From positions 1 through 55,147 of the forward strand of contig CAVYBH010000016.1 in assembly GCA_963766715.1 (NCBI GenBank): a stretch of 55,147 bases of DNA, in the 5' to 3' direction. This document shows positions 52,023-55,147 of the stretch, piece by piece. A model generated the notes under the pieces. The model made no database searches and was not told the origin of the DNA. It saw only the letters and a program-made list of their open reading frames with translations. Positions within the stretch are counted from its first letter, which is position 1. Every line of letters starts with the position of its first letter. A program made the translations under genes and the position numbers. The DNA is from an uncultured delta proteobacterium. GTDB lineage: Bacteria > Myxococcota > Myxococcia > Myxococcales > Anaeromyxobacteraceae.

Positions 52023-52832
52023 TCACCGCTGGCTCGACTCGAGCCGGGCCGAGCAGTCGGGGCACATGCCGTGGGTGAACTGGGCTCCCGTCCGCTTGCC
52101 GATGTACTGCTCCAGCGGGTTCCAGGTGCCATCCTCGTCGCGCATCCGCTTGCACCAGGCACAGATCGGCAGCAGTCCCTGCAAGGTCCGGACGTTCGCC
52201 AGGGCGGTCTCCAGGTGGCCGATCAGCGCCTGCTCCTCGGTGTGCGCCCGGCCCGACACGAGCACGAGCAGCGCGGTCCCGAGCAGGATGGTCTGGAGGG
52301 TGAGCTCGACGTACAGGCCCCACGTCAGCCTGGAGGGATCGAACAGCGGCTGGGAGAGACCGATCTGTAGATTTCGCACCACCCGGATGACGAGAAGCGT
52401 GAGCTCGAAGCCGAAGGCGAGCGCGACGAGGCTGCGAGCCAGTCGCGTTCCCGCGGGCATGCCGAACAGGAGCACGACGACGAGCACCATCTCCACCGTG
52501 ATCAGGAGAAGAGTATCCGCGATGAAGAAGTGCGAGAGGGTACCGAGCCGGAACGTCCACGCGAGGACCGCGATGGACGTCAGGAAGAAAGCCGCCTGGA
52601 TCCGCCAGCGAGGTCGCCGTCCGGCGAACAGGAGGAGCCCCACGAGGAAGAGCTGGACCGACGCCACCACCAGGGCGTTGCCAAAGACGTAGGACGGGAA
52701 CGCCGGGATGGACGGACGCATGTAGACGAGGAGAAGCCCGAGCGCCTTGAGGAGAAAGGCCAGGGACCAGATGGCGAGGTGCCGGTTCGTGCCCCCCTTC
52801 TCCCGGGCCACGACGATGAACAGGAGGGCCAT
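52023..52832 (-). CDS. Multi-pass membrane protein with C-terminal CxxC...HxxCxxC domain (true start probably up to about 52926)
   Basis: 6-7 hydrophobic segments, then ALANVRTLQGLLPICAWCKRMRDEDGTW..LEQYI...FTHGMCPDC; the frame stays open upstream (YSLDVRSLLF). Confidence 0.8.
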   Translation of the reverse strand: MALLFIVVAREKGGTNRHLAIWSLAFLLKALGLLLVYMRPSIPAFPSYVFGNALVVASVQLFLVGLLLFAGRRPRWRIQAAFFLTSIAVLAWTFRLGTLSHFFIADTLLLITVEMVLVVVLLFGMPAGTRLARSLVALAFGFELTLLVIRVVRNLQIGLSQPLFDPSRLTWGLYVELTLQTILLGTALLVLVSGRAHTEEQALIGHLETALANVRTLQGLLPICAWCKRMRDEDGTWNPLEQYIGKRTGAQFTHGMCPDCSARLESSQR

Positions 52833-53211
52833 CCACCCGGCCGAAGCCTGGGCGATGAAGAGCAGCGACCTGACGTCCAGCGAGTACGTGAGGGCCTCAT
52901 CCGCGTGACGGGGACGCCACCATCATGACCGAAACGGCCGAGGCGCGCAGGGAGACCGTCGCCCGGGAGATGGACGAGACAGGTCCTCCATTCCGGCTAC
53001 GTCTTTCCAGGGGCTATGCCCCGGCCCCGCCCCGGGCTCATGTGCCCGACCTCGTCCCACCCCTCTACCCGGAGCGTTCACCATGTCCGACACCAGGCCA
53101 ACATCGGCCCCATCCTGAAGTCGTTCGGGCCGCTCATGGGCGCGCCGCCGCAGACCGTGGTGCGTCCGATCTTCGCGACCGCGACCGGGTCGTAGCGCTC
53201 CGGAGGCTCAC

Positions 53212-53264
53212 GAAGAGAGAAGGCCGGGAACCCCTCGGAGAATCGCGAGGAACTCCCGGCCTTC
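53212..53264 (-). terminator. Intrinsic terminator downstream of tRNA-Gly
   Basis: GAAGGCCGGGA (53219-53229) pairs with TCCCGGCCTTC (53254-53264), with an inner stem; followed by TCTCTTC on the minus strand. Confidence 0.6.
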
Positions 53265-53268
53265 GAAC

Positions 53269-53344
53269 TGGAGCGGGAAACCGGATTCGAACCGGCGACC
53301 CTCAGCTTGGGAAGCTGATGCTCTACCAACTGAGCTATTCCCGC
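53269..53344 (-). tRNA. tRNA-Gly (anticodon CCC)
   Basis: GCGGGAATAGCTCAGTTGGTAGAGCATCAGCTTCCCAAGCTGAGGGTCGCCGGTTCGAATCCGGTTTCCCGCTCCA: 76 nt cloverleaf with encoded CCA. Confidence 0.98.
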
Positions 53345-53408
53345 AAAGCCGCTCGCAGATCTGCCCGAGACTCGGCCGCTCGTCAAGGCGAAGCGCGGGG
53401 GGCCGGCC

Positions 53409-55147
53409 TCACCAGATCCGGCAGACCGTCTCCTGGACCATGGGCTGGCCGGCCTTGCAGGAGAACGCCTTCGCGAACTCGAGGACGTTGGGCATGAGCC
53501 CGTTCACCCGCCAGGTGGGCGGGGAATGGGGATCGGTCATGGCCCGCACCCGCATGTCCTCGGGGCGCTCGTTCGCGCAGGCCCACTGGGCGTAGCCGAC
53601 GAAGAAGCGCTGCTCGGGCGCGAGCCCGTCGCGGGGCTCGAGCTTCTGGCCGGCCGTGGCCATCTTCCAGGCGTCCCAGGCGAGCAGGATGCCGGCCAGG
53701 TCGGCGAGATCCTCGCCCAGCGTCAGCTTCGAGTTCACCTTCACGTCGTCGATCACCGTGTACCTCGCGTACTGGTCGACGACGCACTGGGCCCGCTTCT
53801 CGAATTCCTTGCCGTCGGCCTCGGTCCACCAATCCCGCAGGTTCCCCTTCGCGTCGAACTGCCTCCCCTCGTCGTCGAAGCCGTGGACGAGCTCGTGACC
53901 CACCGTCCCGCCGGTGTTGCCGTACCCGGGGGCCAGGTCGATGCGGGGGTCCCAGAGCGGGGGAAGGAGCACGCCGGCCGGGAAGTTCATCTCGTTCATC
54001 GACGGGCTGTAGTAGGCATTCACCGTGGGTGGCGTCATCTCCCACTCGCCGCGGTCCACGGGCTTGCCGATCTTGGCCAGCTGCCGGCGCGTCTCGAACG
54101 CCGTCGCGCGCTCCACGTTGCCGGCCAGGTCGGCGGGCGAGACCACCACGCCGGAGTAGTCCCGCCACCGCTCCGGGTAGCCGACCTTGTTCTTCATCGC
54201 AGAGAGCTTCTCGTGCGCCGCCTTCCTCGTCTCCGGCGCCATCCAGTCGAGCGCGTCGATGCGCTTCGCCATGGCGGCCTGGACGAGCTTCACCAGCGTG
54301 TCCGCCTCGGCCTTCACCGACGGCGGGAAGACCCGGGCCACGAAGACCTTGCCCAGCGCCTCGCCGAGGTCGGCGTCGGTCCAGCGCACGCAGCGCTTCC
54401 AGCGGGGAGCGAGCTCCTTCGCCCCGCGCAGCGTCGCGGCGTAGAAGCCGAAGCTCGACTTCTGGAAGGGCGTGGAGAGGTAGGGCGCCGAGGCGCGGAC
54501 GAGGTGCCAGCGCAGGTAGGTCTTCCAGGAGGCGAGCGACTCCTTCGCGAGCTGCCGATCGAGCTCGGCGACGAAGGCCGGCTCGGTGAGGTTCAGCCAC
54601 GCGGTCGCGGGCGCGCCGGTCGCCGCCAGGTAGTCGCTCCACCCGAACGACGTCGATCCGCGTGCCAGGTCGGCCGTGGGCGTCCGGTGCCACAGCTTCT
54701 TGGGGTCGCGCTTCTCCACCTGGGTGAGCGAAGCCCCGGCGAGCGCGGTCTCGATGCGCATCACCGTCCTCGCACCGTCCGCGGCCTTCTTCGCGGGGAC
54801 GCCGGAGAGGCGGAGCGTCTCCTCCACGTGCGCAACGTAGGCCTTGCGGATCTCCTTCGAGCGCGCGTCGTCCTTCAGGTAGTAGTCGCGGTCGGGGAGC
54901 CCGAGCCCACCGGCGGACAGCCAGGCCACCACCTCGTCCGAGTTCTCGAAGGACTGCGAGCTGCCGAAGCCGAAGAGCATGCCGCCGTCCACGTACATGT
55001 GGAGCCGGGCCACCAGCCGGGCCAGGCCGGCCTTCGACTTCAGGGCGTCGATGGCGGCGAGGTCCGCCGAGATGGGGCGCGCGCCGGCCGCCTCCACCGC
55101 CTTCTCGTCCATGCAGGCCTGGAAGAAGTCGCCCACCAGCCGCTCGG
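53409..55147 (-). CDS. M13 (neprilysin/PepO) metallopeptidase, 5' end outside window
   Basis: GLGLPDRDYY, KVGYPERWRDY, VNAYYSP..NEMNFPAG, GHELVHGFDDEG, LTLGEDLADLAG, DPHSP. Confidence 0.95.
   Translation of the reverse strand, partial: ERLVGDFFQACMDEKAVEAAGARPISADLAAIDALKSKAGLARLVARLHMYVDGGMLFGFGSSQSFENSDEVVAWLSAGGLGLPDRDYYLKDDARSKEIRKAYVAHVEETLRLSGVPAKKAADGARTVMRIETALAGASLTQVEKRDPKKLWHRTPTADLARGSTSFGWSDYLAATGAPATAWLNLTEPAFVAELDRQLAKESLASWKTYLRWHLVRASAPYLSTPFQKSSFGFYAATLRGAKELAPRWKRCVRWTDADLGEALGKVFVARVFPPSVKAEADTLVKLVQAAMAKRIDALDWMAPETRKAAHEKLSAMKNKVGYPERWRDYSGVVVSPADLAGNVERATAFETRRQLAKIGKPVDRGEWEMTPPTVNAYYSPSMNEMNFPAGVLLPPLWDPRIDLAPGYGNTGGTVGHELVHGFDDEGRQFDAKGNLRDWWTEADGKEFEKRAQCVVDQYARYTVIDDVKVNSKLTLGEDLADLAGILLAWDAWKMATAGQKLEPRDGLAPEQRFFVGYAQWACANERPEDMRVRAMTDPHSPPTWRVNGLMPNVLEFAKAFSCKAGQPMVQETVCRIW

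Noticed and set aside
53269..53344. tRNA-Gly as attachment site of an integrated element
   Set aside because: No integrase and no duplicated tRNA 3' end seen; the 10-bp GGAGCGGGAA at 40711 lies in-frame within cusA and is consistent with chance.
53358..53386. Promoter for tRNA-Gly (TTGACG-17-CAGATC)
   Set aside because: The -35 is good but the -10 is too poor to call from sequence alone.

Overview
Very GC-rich bacterial chromosomal segment. Gene content and style point to Myxococcota, most like Anaeromyxobacter (inference, not a database result). About 44 protein genes and one tRNA-Gly(CCC); I see no integrase, transposase, CRISPR array or rRNA. Single-base indels break at least 18 genes, including housekeeping cysK and hemH, so I treat them as long-read or assembly errors and reconstruct genes across frames. 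Housekeeping and accessory genes include icd, an Rrf2/CymR-cysK unit with a visible operator, nhaA, dcp, scpB, hemH, lemA/M48 and an M13 peptidase. A copper locus pairs a His-rich sensor kinase and sigma-54 activator with a divergent cupredoxin-cusCBA operon. Four secreted repeat-stalk proteins are present. The best candidate for something undescribed is a lipoprotein (31277-33205) with seven disulfide-rich thrombospondin-like repeats capped by a two-heme c-type cytochrome, downstream of an AT-rich regulatory region with a leader hairpin. Also notable: a leishmanolysin-like metzincin with an inserted PA domain plus a small secreted partner, a membrane sensor whose only output is a Cys/His metal finger, and repeated signs of leaderless mRNAs.
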